Positions 11,086-21,667 of a stretch of DNA of 64,000 nucleotides are shown piece after piece (the stretch's first letter is position 1; each line of letters opens with the position of its first letter). The stretch comes from Candidatus Parcubacteria bacterium (GTDB taxonomy: Bacteria; Patescibacteriota; Minisyncoccia; Phycocordibacterales; JAKAEA01), in assembly GCA_963806325.1 (NCBI GenBank), contig CAWDXL010000016.1, positions 4,043-68,042 of the forward strand, written 5' to 3'. The notes under the pieces were generated by a model. It was not told where the DNA came from. It did not search any database and saw only the letters and a list, made by a program, of their open reading frames with translations. The position numbers and the translations under genes are program-made.

Positions 11086-13305
11086 ATGAATAACATTAAA
11101 AAAATCATCCGAATATTTCTACCTCTGCTCACTATTGCAATATTCGTATTGATTTTTACCGTGTCTCCTTTCGGGGGGCATGTGGCGCATGCAGCAAGCT
11201 CATGTACCCTAAACCCTTTCAGCGATGATTCATTCTCTATGCAAGCCTGTATATTTCAAGGGGTATCCTGGATTGCTTTCTATATTCTTACGGTCTGCAA
11301 CTGGCTTGTGACGATAGCAGGCTTGCTCCTTGATTCTGCCATTAGATACGGAATTCTTTACATGCAGGCGGAGATTTCTCAAATCACAACCATTAATACC
11401 GCCTGGACAATATTCCGTGACCTCGGCAATATGGTCTTTATTTTCATCATCCTCTATGTTGCAGTTGCTACCATTCTCGATCTTGGCGGAATTGATACAA
11501 AGCGTGTCATCAGAAACATTATTATTGTCGGCCTTCTGGTAAATTTCAGCCTCTTTTTTACAAAAGTCCTTATTGATGCTTCAAACATTGTTACAATCAA
11601 TTTTTACAATCTGATCGTGCCGCCGGGATCAACTATAAAATCTCTCTCGGCAAGTTTTGCTGGACCATTAGGTGTAGGCGGTAATCAAGATATTACAAAC
11701 TTTCAGAATTCCGTTGGCACTGATGGTGATTCCAACACTGCGCTTCTCAGTTTGGCCGAGCAGGGAATTGGTGGATCAGTATTTCTCATCATGGTCGCTG
11801 TTTCATTTACATTCGCTTCGATTCTCATCATTGCGCGTTTTGTTATTCTTCTCGTGCTCATGATGCTATCGCCATTCGCTTTCTTTATGTTTATTTTGCC
11901 GCAAACAAAAGACTACGCTATGAAGTGGTGGAATCAGCTCCGCAATCAGCTTATATTTGCCCCGCTTTTTATGCTGCTCTTATATATTGTAAGCCAGCTC
12001 AATGGTAATGGCAGCAGCGGCACACTTAAGCTTACTGATGGATCTGTAGCTGCTGCTTCAGATACTAATCCATTAAAAAGTCTCCCGACTATCACGAATA
12101 CTTTACCGGGAAATCCGAACCCGCTTGATATTATGTTGCATTTTCTCATTATGATTTTCTTTCTCAACCTTGCCATAATTCTTGCATTGAGTGCAGCATC
12201 GGGCTCCGGCGGTATCGTTGCAGGCGCGGTTGATCGCGTCCGCAACGGCATGGTAAGCCTCGGCAAGAAGACGGTCACTACAGCAGGGAAAGTTGCTGCT
12301 ACTGGTGCATCAGCAACGGCAGGTGCAGCAGGTTATGTAGCAGGAGGAACATTCCGCAACACTATCGGCAGAGCTGCATACAATTTTAATAGAAATAATA
12401 AAGATGCGCTGCAAGATACAGCCGCTCAAGGTGGTCTTGGCGGCTGGGCAGCAAGGACAACACTCAAAGCTTCTACTGCGCTTACAAAAACAGGTGGAAA
12501 AGGTGGGTACCAGGGTGTGGTGGATGCACAAAAGGATGCTGATAAAAAACGTTCAAAGGCTCTTGGCGATAAAGGAGAACTATTCAGACAGACTACCAAA
12601 GATGCGAAGGGTAATGATGTACACACTTACACGAGCGGTGGTAAATTAATGAAAGAAGCCCGCGCACAGGCAGTAGCAAAATTAGGACCAAATGCCGATA
12701 TACTTAAAGTAGATGAGGAAGCAAAGAAACTATACAAAGCAAACACAGACAAACTCGTTAAAGAACAAGGTCATCAAAAAGTGTCTCGACAAGAAGTGTT
12801 TGCAGAAGAAGTGTTGCGCAAAGGAAATTGGCTTGAACGCACATATTCAAGAGCCAAGCAAAAAGTGCCTATACTGGGCAGTGCTTCAAATGTTGCAACA
12901 TACCAGAATACATTTAGCGGACATGTAGAAGCAGCACAGGAAATACTTAAAGAGGCTAGCAAGAAAAAGAATAAGGATCAGCTTCCACGACTCAAACGAG
13001 AGAGAGATCAGCTAAAGAAAGAAGCTGATGCTATCAAGAAAGAGATGGATGGTCTTAAACAAAATGCTGATGAGCAGCAGAAAAAAATCGATGAACTATC
13101 ACGGATTAATCCCGATGATCCTGAGTTCCCAAAAATCATGGCAGCTCATGCTCAAACCATGAACACCTACAATGATAAGAAAGCTGAGTATGACAAGAAG
13201 ATAGAAGAGCATGACAAGAAGGATAATGATGTTCGAGAAGCAGGCGAGAAAGAGAAGAAGGATGATGATAAAAAGGGTGATGACGGTAAAAAATCAACAA
13301 CATAA
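11086..13305 (+). CDS. Polytopic VirB6/TrbL-like membrane protein with a Lys/Glu-rich coiled-coil tail
   Basis: About eight predicted TM helices in the first 400 aa, followed by a long charged C-terminus (KKEADAIKKEMDGLKQNADEQQKKIDE ... KKDDDKKGDDGKK). Its position directly upstream of the PrgI-like and VirB4-like genes matches VirB6/TrbL placement. Confidence 0.5.
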   Translation: MNNIKKIIRIFLPLLTIAIFVLIFTVSPFGGHVAHAASSCTLNPFSDDSFSMQACIFQGVSWIAFYILTVCNWLVTIAGLLLDSAIRYGILYMQAEISQITTINTAWTIFRDLGNMVFIFIILYVAVATILDLGGIDTKRVIRNIIIVGLLVNFSLFFTKVLIDASNIVTINFYNLIVPPGSTIKSLSASFAGPLGVGGNQDITNFQNSVGTDGDSNTALLSLAEQGIGGSVFLIMVAVSFTFASILIIARFVILLVLMMLSPFAFFMFILPQTKDYAMKWWNQLRNQLIFAPLFMLLLYIVSQLNGNGSSGTLKLTDGSVAAASDTNPLKSLPTITNTLPGNPNPLDIMLHFLIMIFFLNLAIILALSAASGSGGIVAGAVDRVRNGMVSLGKKTVTTAGKVAATGASATAGAAGYVAGGTFRNTIGRAAYNFNRNNKDALQDTAAQGGLGGWAARTTLKASTALTKTGGKGGYQGVVDAQKDADKKRSKALGDKGELFRQTTKDAKGNDVHTYTSGGKLMKEARAQAVAKLGPNADILKVDEEAKKLYKANTDKLVKEQGHQKVSRQEVFAEEVLRKGNWLERTYSRAKQKVPILGSASNVATYQNTFSGHVEAAQEILKEASKKKNKDQLPRLKRERDQLKKEADAIKKEMDGLKQNADEQQKKIDELSRINPDDPEFPKIMAAHAQTMNTYNDKKAEYDKKIEEHDKKDNDVREAGEKEKKDDDKKGDDGKKSTT

Positions 13306-13307
13306 TT

Positions 13308-14018
13308 ATGAACGACGATAAAGAATTACAAGATATTTTTGAAGAACTTCCTGATGCCATGGTCTCGCGGCTCATTTCCACTGACATGGTTGAAAGGGTA
13401 AAAAAAATAGGAGAAGCACACAAGCTTCCCGATGATCAAATTGAAATTCTTCAAACCATACTGTCTCTTGTGTTCCTAGATAAAATATCTTTTGATGATA
13501 TTGATGCGGAGATTGATGATGATATTGATGCCGACGATATTCAATTGGCAGGCCTTAAAAAAGATATTGATGAACAAATCATTGCTCCTTTTATCAACGA
13601 ACTTAAGGAAAATTTAAACGAAGCATCGACCGCTACACACCCAGATAGACCTACATCAAGAAAACCTCTAGGTGAAGAGGTTTCAGAAACACAGCCTAAG
13701 CCGGCGAATCTTCCCGTAGCTTCACACGAAGAAGCAATTATGCCGCTTGTAGTATCGCAGAATGTATCAACTGCAGCCACTACCCCCGTCGTACCAGTAA
13801 AACCTTCTGTGTCTGTGTCGGTATCTATTCCCGCAACTCCTGTCAACCCTCCTATCCCTCCTACTCCAACCAAACCTTCTTCAGAAACTATTATAGATTC
13901 GCGCCTTAATAATTCCGCGAGTCTGCCAAAAGAAGATATCGTGATCAAAGAAAAAACTGACGTGCCGCAGAAGAAAACATACGATGGGCAAGACCCGTAC
14001 CGCGAACCGATTGAGTAG
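13308..14018 (+). CDS. Hypothetical protein with an acidic N-terminus and Pro/Thr/Val-rich C-terminus
   Basis: Starts 2 nt after the VirB6-like gene. Contains DIDAEIDDDIDADD and PVVPVKPSVSVSVSIPATPVNPPIPPTPTKP. No motif recognised. Confidence 0.5.
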   Translation: MNDDKELQDIFEELPDAMVSRLISTDMVERVKKIGEAHKLPDDQIEILQTILSLVFLDKISFDDIDAEIDDDIDADDIQLAGLKKDIDEQIIAPFINELKENLNEASTATHPDRPTSRKPLGEEVSETQPKPANLPVASHEEAIMPLVVSQNVSTAATTPVVPVKPSVSVSVSIPATPVNPPIPPTPTKPSSETIIDSRLNNSASLPKEDIVIKEKTDVPQKKTYDGQDPYREPIE

Positions 14019-14059
14019 CACCAGGAGAGGGGGGGTGATGTGATATACTTTCACTAAGT

Positions 14060-14536
14060 ATGAAGTTCCAAGTTCCTCAATTTATCGAGGTTGAAGACAA
14101 AATCTTCGGGCCGCTTACGCTCAAGCAATTTATCTATCTTGCCGGAGGTGTTGGTGTATCGGTGATATTGTATTTTGCGCTGCCAATTTACTTGAGCATT
14201 ATTCCGATCCTATTCTTTCTATCATTCGGTATCGCGTTGGCTTTTTACAAGGTCAATAGCAAGCCCTTCATCAGTTTTTTGGAATCGCTGTTTATGTACA
14301 TGTTCCAGCCGAAGCTCTATATATGGAAGCAGGAACAAAAAGTTGCAGCGTCGGAAAATATAACAGCTTCATCCACAAAACTTAAAGATGACACAATAAT
14401 TACAGACGAAAAACCCGCCACAAACTTTATTCCAAAACTCTCAGAGAGCAAGCTTCGAGATATGACATGGAATCTAGATACCAGAAGTTCGCTCAATGCC
14501 GAAGAAAATGGCACAGATCAAACTGATAAAAATTAA
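14060..14536 (+). CDS. PrgI-family / VirB3-like small T4SS membrane protein
   Basis: N-terminus MKFQVPQFIEVEDKIFGPLTLKQFIYLAGG followed by two TM helices. This is the pattern of PrgI-family proteins that precede VirB4 in Gram-positive-type T4SS loci. Confidence 0.6.
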   Translation: MKFQVPQFIEVEDKIFGPLTLKQFIYLAGGVGVSVILYFALPIYLSIIPILFFLSFGIALAFYKVNSKPFISFLESLFMYMFQPKLYIWKQEQKVAASENITASSTKLKDDTIITDEKPATNFIPKLSESKLRDMTWNLDTRSSLNAEENGTDQTDKN

Positions 14537-14558
14537 TCTATAGATCACGAAGTAAATC

Positions 14559-17056
14559 GTGATACACTACACTACAATGGCTTCTCAATCAGACAGGGCA
14601 ACTCAGGATTTTGTACCTTTGAAAGAGGTGCGTAACGGCTATGCAATCTTAAAGGACGACTCGATGCGTGCGATCGTGATGGCTTCATCAATCAACTTCG
14701 CTTTGAAATCAGAGGAGGAACAGAATGCCATTCTGTTCCAATTCCAGGATCTTCTCAACTCCATTGATTTTACCGTCCAAATCTTCGTCCAATCGCGCAA
14801 GCTTGATATACGGCCGTATATGGCGCTTCTTGATGATCGCATCAAAAAGCAGATGAATGACCTTATGAAGATTCAGACTCAGGAATATATCGGCTTCATA
14901 AAAAATTTCACCGAGACAACAAATATTATGACGAAAACATTTTTTATCGTCATTCCATATTCACCGGCCGTGCTTCAAAAAGGCAATCCGTTCAAAAATC
15001 TCTTTGCTCACCGGTCGACTGAGGAAGTAAAAAAAGATAATCAGGAACTTTTCGAAGAAAATCGGGCTCAAATTGAAGAACGTGTCTCGGTCATAGAGCA
15101 GGGATTGATGCGCTGCGGCGTGCGCGTGGCCGAGCTTGGCACTGAAGAAATCATCGAGCTTTTTTATAAAATATTCAATCCGGGAGAAACCGAAAAACCA
15201 ATTAAACTTACATAAAATAATATGGCACTTTTTGGACTCATAAAAGATACAAAGGAAGACCCGAAGCTCAGCACTATTTTGCCGCAGCAAGTATCGGCGG
15301 CAGCCGCTCTTGAGCTTAAAGATATTATCGCCCCATCGGCGCTAAAAGTTTCACCGCGTTCGCTCAATTTAGGCGATAAAATTGTCAGAACATTCTTTGT
15401 CATTTCATATCCGCGTTTCCTTTCCGAAAACTGGTTTGCACCAATTATCAACCTCGATCGCATTTTCGATATTTCTATTTTTATTCACCCCATCGAGACA
15501 GCTACCATTTTAAGACATTTCCAAAAGAAGGTCGCTGAGGTTCAAAGCCAAATAAATATTAGGGAAGAGAAGGGGCTGGTGCGCGATCCCGTCCTTGATA
15601 CCGCCTATCAAGACCTTGAACAATTGCGCGATAGTCTCCAGCAGGCTCAAGAAAAACTCTTTGATGTCGGCTTATATATGTCCATTTACGGAGAAACTGA
15701 CGCTGAACTAGATAAAATAGAGTCAGAAATAAAATCTATCCTTGAAGCGAAGATGGTGTATGTCAAACCTGCCCTTTTCCAGCAAATGGAAGGTTTTCGA
15801 AGTATTCTGCCGCTCGGAAATGATGAAATAGTAGTCAACTCAAAGATAAACTCTACGCCGCTTTCAAGCATTTTCCCGTTTGTCTCTTTTGATCTTACTT
15901 CTGATAAAGGAATTTTGTACGGCATCAACAGACACAATTCATCATTAGTATTGTTCGATAGATTTACTCTTGAAAACTATAACTCTATTACATTCGCAAA
16001 ATCCGGTTCAGGAAAATCATACACAACCAAGCTCGAAATCTTGAGAACGCTCATGTTTGACACCGACGTCATCGTTATCGACCCTGAGCGTGAGTATGAA
16101 TATCTTGCCGAAGCGACTGGCGGCCGGTATTTTAATATTTCCCTCAACTCCGAGCACCATATCAACCCATTCGACCTGCCTCCAGTAGGGGAAGATGAGT
16201 CGCCGGCCCAAGTATTACGCTCAAATATTATCAACCTTGTTGGCCTTTTCCGCCTCATGATGGGAGGCCTCACACCTGAAGAAGATGCAGTGATAGATCG
16301 TGCCATCAGCGAGACATACGCTCTTAAAGACATCACTCCCGATTCAAATTTTACCGACGTTGAACCGCCGCTTCTCTCCGATTTTGAACTCGTGCTCGCC
16401 GGCATGGAAGGAGGGGAGTCGCTCGCTCAGCGATTGACCAAATACACCCGCGGCACCTGGGCTGGCTTCATCAACCGACCTACCAACGTTGATATGAATA
16501 AAAAGTTCATCGTCTTTTCCGTGCGCGATATGGAAGACGAGCTCAAGCCGATTGCTATGTATATTGTCATGCACTATATATGGAACACGATTCGCAAAAC
16601 AATCAAAAAAGATTGCTCGTCATCGACGAGGCATGGTGGATGATGAAATCTGATGATACGGCTTCATTTCTTCTTTCTTTAGCAAAACGAGGCCGCAAAT
16701 ATTATCTTGGACTCGCCACAATCACTCAAGATGTGGATGATTTTATGAAATCGAGCTACGGCTTACCGATTATTACCAACTCTTCCATTCAAATCCTTCT
16801 CAAACAATCACCAACATCAATAGACAAGCTTCAGCAAACATTCAATCTCACTGACGAAGAAAAATATCTCCTTCTTGAGTCAGGGGTAGGGGAAGGAATC
16901 TTCTTTGCCGGGGTAAAGCATGTTGCCATTAAAATCATTGCTTCATACACCGAAGACCAAATCATTACCTCCGACCCATCGCAGATATTATCTATCAAAA
17001 AAGCCAAGGATGATTTGAAAAATGGAGCAGGAGTTGCTGGCACTGAAAAGAAATAG
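14559..17056 (+). CDS. virB4: VirB4/TraE/PrgJ-type T4SS ATPase, split into three ORFs (one in-frame TAA, one frameshift)
   Basis: 14559..15215 holds the N-terminal VirB4 region (TQDFVPLKEVRNGYAILKDDSMRAIVMASSINFALKSEEEQ). 15222..16643 is in the same frame after the TAA at 15213-15215 (APSALKVSPRSLNLGDKIVRTFFVISYPRFL, Walker A KSGSGKSYT). 16580..17056 has Walker B LLVIDEAWWMM in another frame, joined at the A-run 16605-16610. The combined length of about 830 aa equals a full VirB4. Confidence 0.8.
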
Positions 17057-17074
17057 CATACCTAAATAATAAAA

Positions 17075-17452
17075 ATGGCAGACGGAGCATTTAAACCAAG
17101 AAACAGAATGCCTTTATGGCTTTCAACGATTCTTATCGTCATGGGCGTTGCGTTGGCATTTATCGGACTCATTCCTATAGTAGGGGATATTATCGACCCG
17201 GTCAGCGAGGCATTTTTTGATATGATATTTTACATGCGGCGTGCTCCGATGACTCAAAATACAAAGCTTATTATCACATCGCTTGTTGGCGTTATACTCG
17301 GCTTTATACCAGAAATTGGTGATTTTATATCAGATATTGGAGAATTGGCCTTAAAAATATACATTATTAGAAAGGATGATACATTATTTAACAAGCAGCA
17401 GATAGCGCTGCAAAAACAAAGAGATAGGATGCGAAAAATGAGTTCAGCCTAA
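17075..17452 (+). CDS. Small membrane protein (2-3 TM) in the T4SS-like operon
   Basis: 125 aa with hydrophobic helices (LWLSTILIVMGVALAFIGLIPIV; LIITSLVGVILGFIP) and a basic C-terminus. No motif recognised. Confidence 0.5.
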   Translation: MADGAFKPRNRMPLWLSTILIVMGVALAFIGLIPIVGDIIDPVSEAFFDMIFYMRRAPMTQNTKLIITSLVGVILGFIPEIGDFISDIGELALKIYIIRKDDTLFNKQQIALQKQRDRMRKMSSA

Positions 17453-17516
17453 TGATAGACCTTTTTATATTGAAGTGAATATCACACAGCAGCTTGAAAT
17501 ATTTTATAGTATACTA

Positions 17517-18566
17517 ATGAGTATGGTGCGCAAACTATTTACGTTTTCATACGTACTCTCTGTCGTAGGTATTATTTCTTTCAGTGTTATTTTCTTTAGT
17601 AGTAAAGAAGTTCATGCTATTTCATCATCTGTTTACACTTCTCCTACAGCCCTTGACTCCACAAATCTTACAGCTTCAGACTCTACGCCCAGACCTTTTG
17701 AAAGTGAGACGCTTACGCTCACAAGCTATTCGACTGATTTGACGCGGGCAGCTATCACATGGACCATAAATGGAAAAAAGGTCGCGAGCGGCATTGATGA
17801 CACCACGTATACCATGACAATGGGAGATATTGGCAGTGTCGCAAATATTAATGTTTCAGTAGTTGGTTATGATGGCACAACCGTTGATCAAACTATGATT
17901 TTAAAGCCCGCAACAGTTACTATGCTATGGCAGGCAAATTCATATACTCCGCCGTTTTATAAAGGCAAAGCCCTTTTGCCAAACCAGGGTGATGTAACTA
18001 TTGTCGCTATACCTCAGTTTGATACTGCCGGCCTGAGTGTTACAAATCCTAAAGACTTTATCTACACCTGGGACAAAGGGGATATGCTTATTCAGGGAGC
18101 TTCTGGCTATGGACGTGATTCAGTTACAATTCCAGGGGAACTCGTGCAGTCTTCTTTTACAATTAATGTGGTTGTCTCAACAATCGATGGTACATCCGTA
18201 GGTTCAGGCAGTATTGACATAGACTATGGACAACCAAAACTAACTTTATATAAATATAGTCCTCTGTATGGAACACTCTACAATCAAGCACTTCAATCTT
18301 CATATACCTTAACTGATAGCGATCTCACTGTGGAAGCTGTCCCTTATTATTTCAGCACACCATATCCGCACAGCATGTCGCCGTTGAGCTTCAGCTGGCA
18401 AGTCAACGGCACCCAGGCATCTGCTCAAGCAGGGAACAGCCTCACGGTAAAGCCGCCGGCAAATGTATCCGGTCAGTCGATATTGTCGGTAAGTGCAAGT
18501 AATGCTGATAAACTGCTCCAATTAAGTACAGCAAGTGTTAATGTAAACTTTGGTTCCGGACAATAA
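17517..18566 (+). CDS. Secreted hypothetical protein in the T4SS-like operon
   Basis: The internal Met at 17517 gives a signal peptide, MSMVRKLFTFSYVLSVVGIISFSVIFFSSKEVHA; the ORF track starts at a GTG at 17475. The body is beta-rich. No motif recognised. Confidence 0.5.
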   Translation: MSMVRKLFTFSYVLSVVGIISFSVIFFSSKEVHAISSSVYTSPTALDSTNLTASDSTPRPFESETLTLTSYSTDLTRAAITWTINGKKVASGIDDTTYTMTMGDIGSVANINVSVVGYDGTTVDQTMILKPATVTMLWQANSYTPPFYKGKALLPNQGDVTIVAIPQFDTAGLSVTNPKDFIYTWDKGDMLIQGASGYGRDSVTIPGELVQSSFTINVVVSTIDGTSVGSGSIDIDYGQPKLTLYKYSPLYGTLYNQALQSSYTLTDSDLTVEAVPYYFSTPYPHSMSPLSFSWQVNGTQASAQAGNSLTVKPPANVSGQSILSVSASNADKLLQLSTASVNVNFGSGQ

Positions 18567-18571
18567 ACACA

Positions 18572-19630
18572 ATGAAACGCACATTTTTATTTTCTCTTCT
18601 GTTTGTACTCATCTTAACGTCTGGATTTTTTACCTTTGGTTCCTTCAACATGCACTATGCTCATGCTGACACATGTTCAGACGACGAAGGCTGTCAAAAT
18701 GGCTACCATTGCGATGTAGGGAATACAAATACTTGCATTCAAAATCCAACATCAAGCGGATATCGAAGTGGTAGCACTGACAATTATGAGTTATTGGTGC
18801 CATTACCGATTGGAAATAATAGTCTGACCCTTGGTTCACTTCCTACAGGATCAAACGGCACAGCAGTAAGTCCAGGTTTGGCTACATATATAGCTGGTAT
18901 GTATAAGCTGTTTATTGCTCTCTCTGCAGTGATTGCTGTCGTTATGATTGTATATGGAGGTATTCTTTATATGTCGACTGATGCTATTTATAATAAAACG
19001 GAAGGGAAAACTATTATTATACGTACATTGTGGGGGCTGCTTCTTATTATCGGTTCGTATGTTATTTTAAATACGATCAATCCGACACTTTTAAGCTTGT
19101 CGGGGACAAGTGTGCCAGCGTCGACACTTAGCACAACAAGTCCAGCAGTTTCGGCAACTTCAGTTTCAAATACAAGTAATGTATGTATCGATGTTCCGAG
19201 TACCGGTCTTTGGAATCTCAGACAAAGATGTTTAGGAAATACATGCTATGGGCCTTCATATATAGCTACTGATGCTTCAAATTATAATCAATTTATTAGT
19301 TATAAAAACTGTCTTTCAACGTTACAAACATGTCTTTCTTCTGGCAGCAACCCAAATACCTGTCAATCAGCTTGTAGCAGTGATGGAACAGGACACCAAT
19401 TTCAAGCAGGATTTACTTTTAGAGATGCGGATGGCACTCATTCAAATTCTATTGCTGGTGTTAATTATGACAATGCTAGCTACGAAGTTGATATCTATTC
19501 TTCAAGCGGTCTTTTTATTGCAGCAGAATATCCTGCACCAGCATTCACAACTCCTGGTCCTGGATGGACGGCATGCGACGATGCAATGAAAGCACTTACC
19601 TCATCAGCAGATACTGGCTCGGATAATTAA
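18572..19630 (+). CDS. T4SS pilin-like protein (VirB2/TrbC analogue of the Pfam T4SS_pilin type) with a Cys-rich C-terminal domain
   Basis: A signal peptide is followed by GLATYIAGMYKLFIALSAVIAVVMIVYGGILYMSTDAIYNKTEGKTIIIRTLWGLLLIIGSYVILNTINPTLL. This two-helix hairpin ending in ..TINP.L is what I associate with CPR T4SS pilins. About 170 extra residues contain about 10 Cys. Confidence 0.55.
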   Translation: MKRTFLFSLLFVLILTSGFFTFGSFNMHYAHADTCSDDEGCQNGYHCDVGNTNTCIQNPTSSGYRSGSTDNYELLVPLPIGNNSLTLGSLPTGSNGTAVSPGLATYIAGMYKLFIALSAVIAVVMIVYGGILYMSTDAIYNKTEGKTIIIRTLWGLLLIIGSYVILNTINPTLLSLSGTSVPASTLSTTSPAVSATSVSNTSNVCIDVPSTGLWNLRQRCLGNTCYGPSYIATDASNYNQFISYKNCLSTLQTCLSSGSNPNTCQSACSSDGTGHQFQAGFTFRDADGTHSNSIAGVNYDNASYEVDIYSSSGLFIAAEYPAPAFTTPGPGWTACDDAMKALTSSADTGSDN

Positions 19631-19636
19631 AATTAT

Positions 19637-20899
19637 ATGAAAAAAACTTTTATTGCTTCAATAATATTCTTCCTCATCGCTATTTTGGCTTTGGGCTACT
19701 TTATTTTCATACGAAAAAGTTCAACCACATCTTCTTCACATTCACAGATCGGCAGCAGTCTGCCATTTGGTACACCTTCAAGTATTGGCCTCAATCAGCA
19801 AGAGGGCGGGGGAGAGACTAATGGACCAGGCTCGCCAGGATCAGGCAGAGTGGTACTCGCTCGCCTCATGCAACTCTCAAATGGGCCCGTTGCCGGAGCA
19901 GGATCATTTACCATCGGCAGCACTACCATTGTGCGCTATGCAGCAAAAGGCACAGGATATGTAACTGAAGTAAATCTCACCTATGGTACGACCTCCGAAC
20001 TCGTCAATACCACCTTTTCAAAAATCTATGAATCAATATGGGGAAACAACGCTACTACGGTTCTTTTACGCTCGGCTGATGAATCAAATGCGGATACTAT
20101 CACTTCCTACAGTGCTGTTTTGACGCCCTCATACAGCAGCGGCAATGGCACAAGCTCTCAGACATCATTTGCACTCCTGGGAACATACCTGCCAACCAAT
20201 ATCGAATCACTTGCTGTCTCACCCGACACAAAAAAAATAGCGTATGCTGTGCCGACTACCGCAAGCGGAGAAGAGATACAAACCTCTAATACTGATGGCA
20301 GCAAAGCATCAACCCTCTTTAATTCTTCATTTGGTGAGTGGACAATAGGCTGGCCGCAGGCAAACATAATTGCTCTCACCACAAAACCATCTTCTGGCGT
20401 TGCTGGCTACATGTTTTTCGTCAACCTAAAAACAAATCTCATGAAAAAAGTGTTGGATGGCATTACAGGCCTTGTCGCGGTTGCAAATCCAACAGCCGAT
20501 CATGTTGCATACAGCGACGACGGACTCAACCTGCAAATAGAAGCACTTAATACAAAAACAGCGACAAGCACAAATCTGAATACTCATCTCCAAACATTAG
20601 CCGATAAATGTGCGTGGTCATATATCACTACTACGATGCTTTACTGCGGAGTTCCGATTTCTCTTCAACCTACAAGCTACCCAGACAGCTGGTACCAGGG
20701 TCTTGTCTCATTTACCGACTCTATATATGAAATCAATGGCACCACGGGCACCTCAACACTTTTAGCCGACATACACAATTTATACAAGAAAGATTTAGAT
20801 ATTATGAGTCCATTTGTAACATCCGACGGTAAATACATCATTTTCACCAATAAAAATGATTACACGCTATGGTCGTTTAGAATTTCGGCCACAGACTAA
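19637..20899 (+). CDS. Secreted beta-propeller-like hypothetical protein, last gene of the T4SS-like operon
   Basis: N-terminal TM/signal, a Gly-rich linker, then repeated beta-strand-rich segments reminiscent of TolB/PD40-like propellers (weak call). Confidence 0.45.
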   Translation: MKKTFIASIIFFLIAILALGYFIFIRKSSTTSSSHSQIGSSLPFGTPSSIGLNQQEGGGETNGPGSPGSGRVVLARLMQLSNGPVAGAGSFTIGSTTIVRYAAKGTGYVTEVNLTYGTTSELVNTTFSKIYESIWGNNATTVLLRSADESNADTITSYSAVLTPSYSSGNGTSSQTSFALLGTYLPTNIESLAVSPDTKKIAYAVPTTASGEEIQTSNTDGSKASTLFNSSFGEWTIGWPQANIIALTTKPSSGVAGYMFFVNLKTNLMKKVLDGITGLVAVANPTADHVAYSDDGLNLQIEALNTKTATSTNLNTHLQTLADKCAWSYITTTMLYCGVPISLQPTSYPDSWYQGLVSFTDSIYEINGTTGTSTLLADIHNLYKKDLDIMSPFVTSDGKYIIFTNKNDYTLWSFRISATD

Positions 20900-20910
20900 G
20901 AAAAGGGTAT

Positions 20911-21654
20911 TTATTTGATTTTGAGTTTAGCATCAAACTGCCTCTGCATTCTGCGGCGTACAAAAAGTTCTTGGAGTATGGTAAAGATATTTCCGGCAGT
21001 AATATAGAGACCAACGACAGCCGAGATGTAGGCGATAGGGAACATGACAAGCGGCATGATATAGCGCATCTGCATATTCATATTGTACGCCAGATCATCC
21101 TGAAGTGATGATGGCTTGCCGTGTTCTTTTTTCTTTTTTTCAACCTTGGGAAGCGCGAGATTTATCTGAATGAATTGAGTAATCACCGCAAGAAGCGCGA
21201 GAATAATGCTGCCTTTAATAAGATTGATGCCAACGATAGTCATGGCTACGTATGCAGGAGTATGCACGAAACTATAGAGTGTAGCAGAATTAATTTTGGG
21301 TAATCCGCTGCGAAACACTGAGTAGAGCTCAATGAGAATTGGCAGCTGAATAAGAAGGAGCAAGAAACTTGCAAATGGATTAATTCCATTATCCTTGTAG
21401 AGTTTCATGAGGGCTTGAGCCTGCTCCTGTTTGTCTTTAATAGTCGACTGAAGCCTTTTAACTTCCGGATCAATCTGGCGCATTAGAATTTGTGTCTTAA
21501 TAGCCATGCGGGAAAGAGGAAACAGGATGAGCCGGATAATGATCGTAAGTGCGACAACGGCGAGTGCTGCGCTGTGCCCCGGCATAATATCCACAAGAAA
21601 AACAAAGGCATTGTACAGCGGAGTATAAAAAACTATCGAAAAGAAAGAAGACAT
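20911..21654 (-). CDS. yidC: Membrane protein insertase YidC (short Gram-positive/CPR type)
   Basis: 247 aa and polytopic, with ALAVVALTIIIRLILFPLS and KLYKDNGINPFASFLLLLIQLPILIELY. Conserved synteny directly downstream of rnpA. Confidence 0.9.
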   Translation of the reverse strand: MSSFFSIVFYTPLYNAFVFLVDIMPGHSAALAVVALTIIIRLILFPLSRMAIKTQILMRQIDPEVKRLQSTIKDKQEQAQALMKLYKDNGINPFASFLLLLIQLPILIELYSVFRSGLPKINSATLYSFVHTPAYVAMTIVGINLIKGSIILALLAVITQFIQINLALPKVEKKKKEHGKPSSLQDDLAYNMNMQMRYIMPLVMFPIAYISAVVGLYITAGNIFTILQELFVRRRMQRQFDAKLKIK

Positions 21655-21667
21655 GAGGAAATATTTT

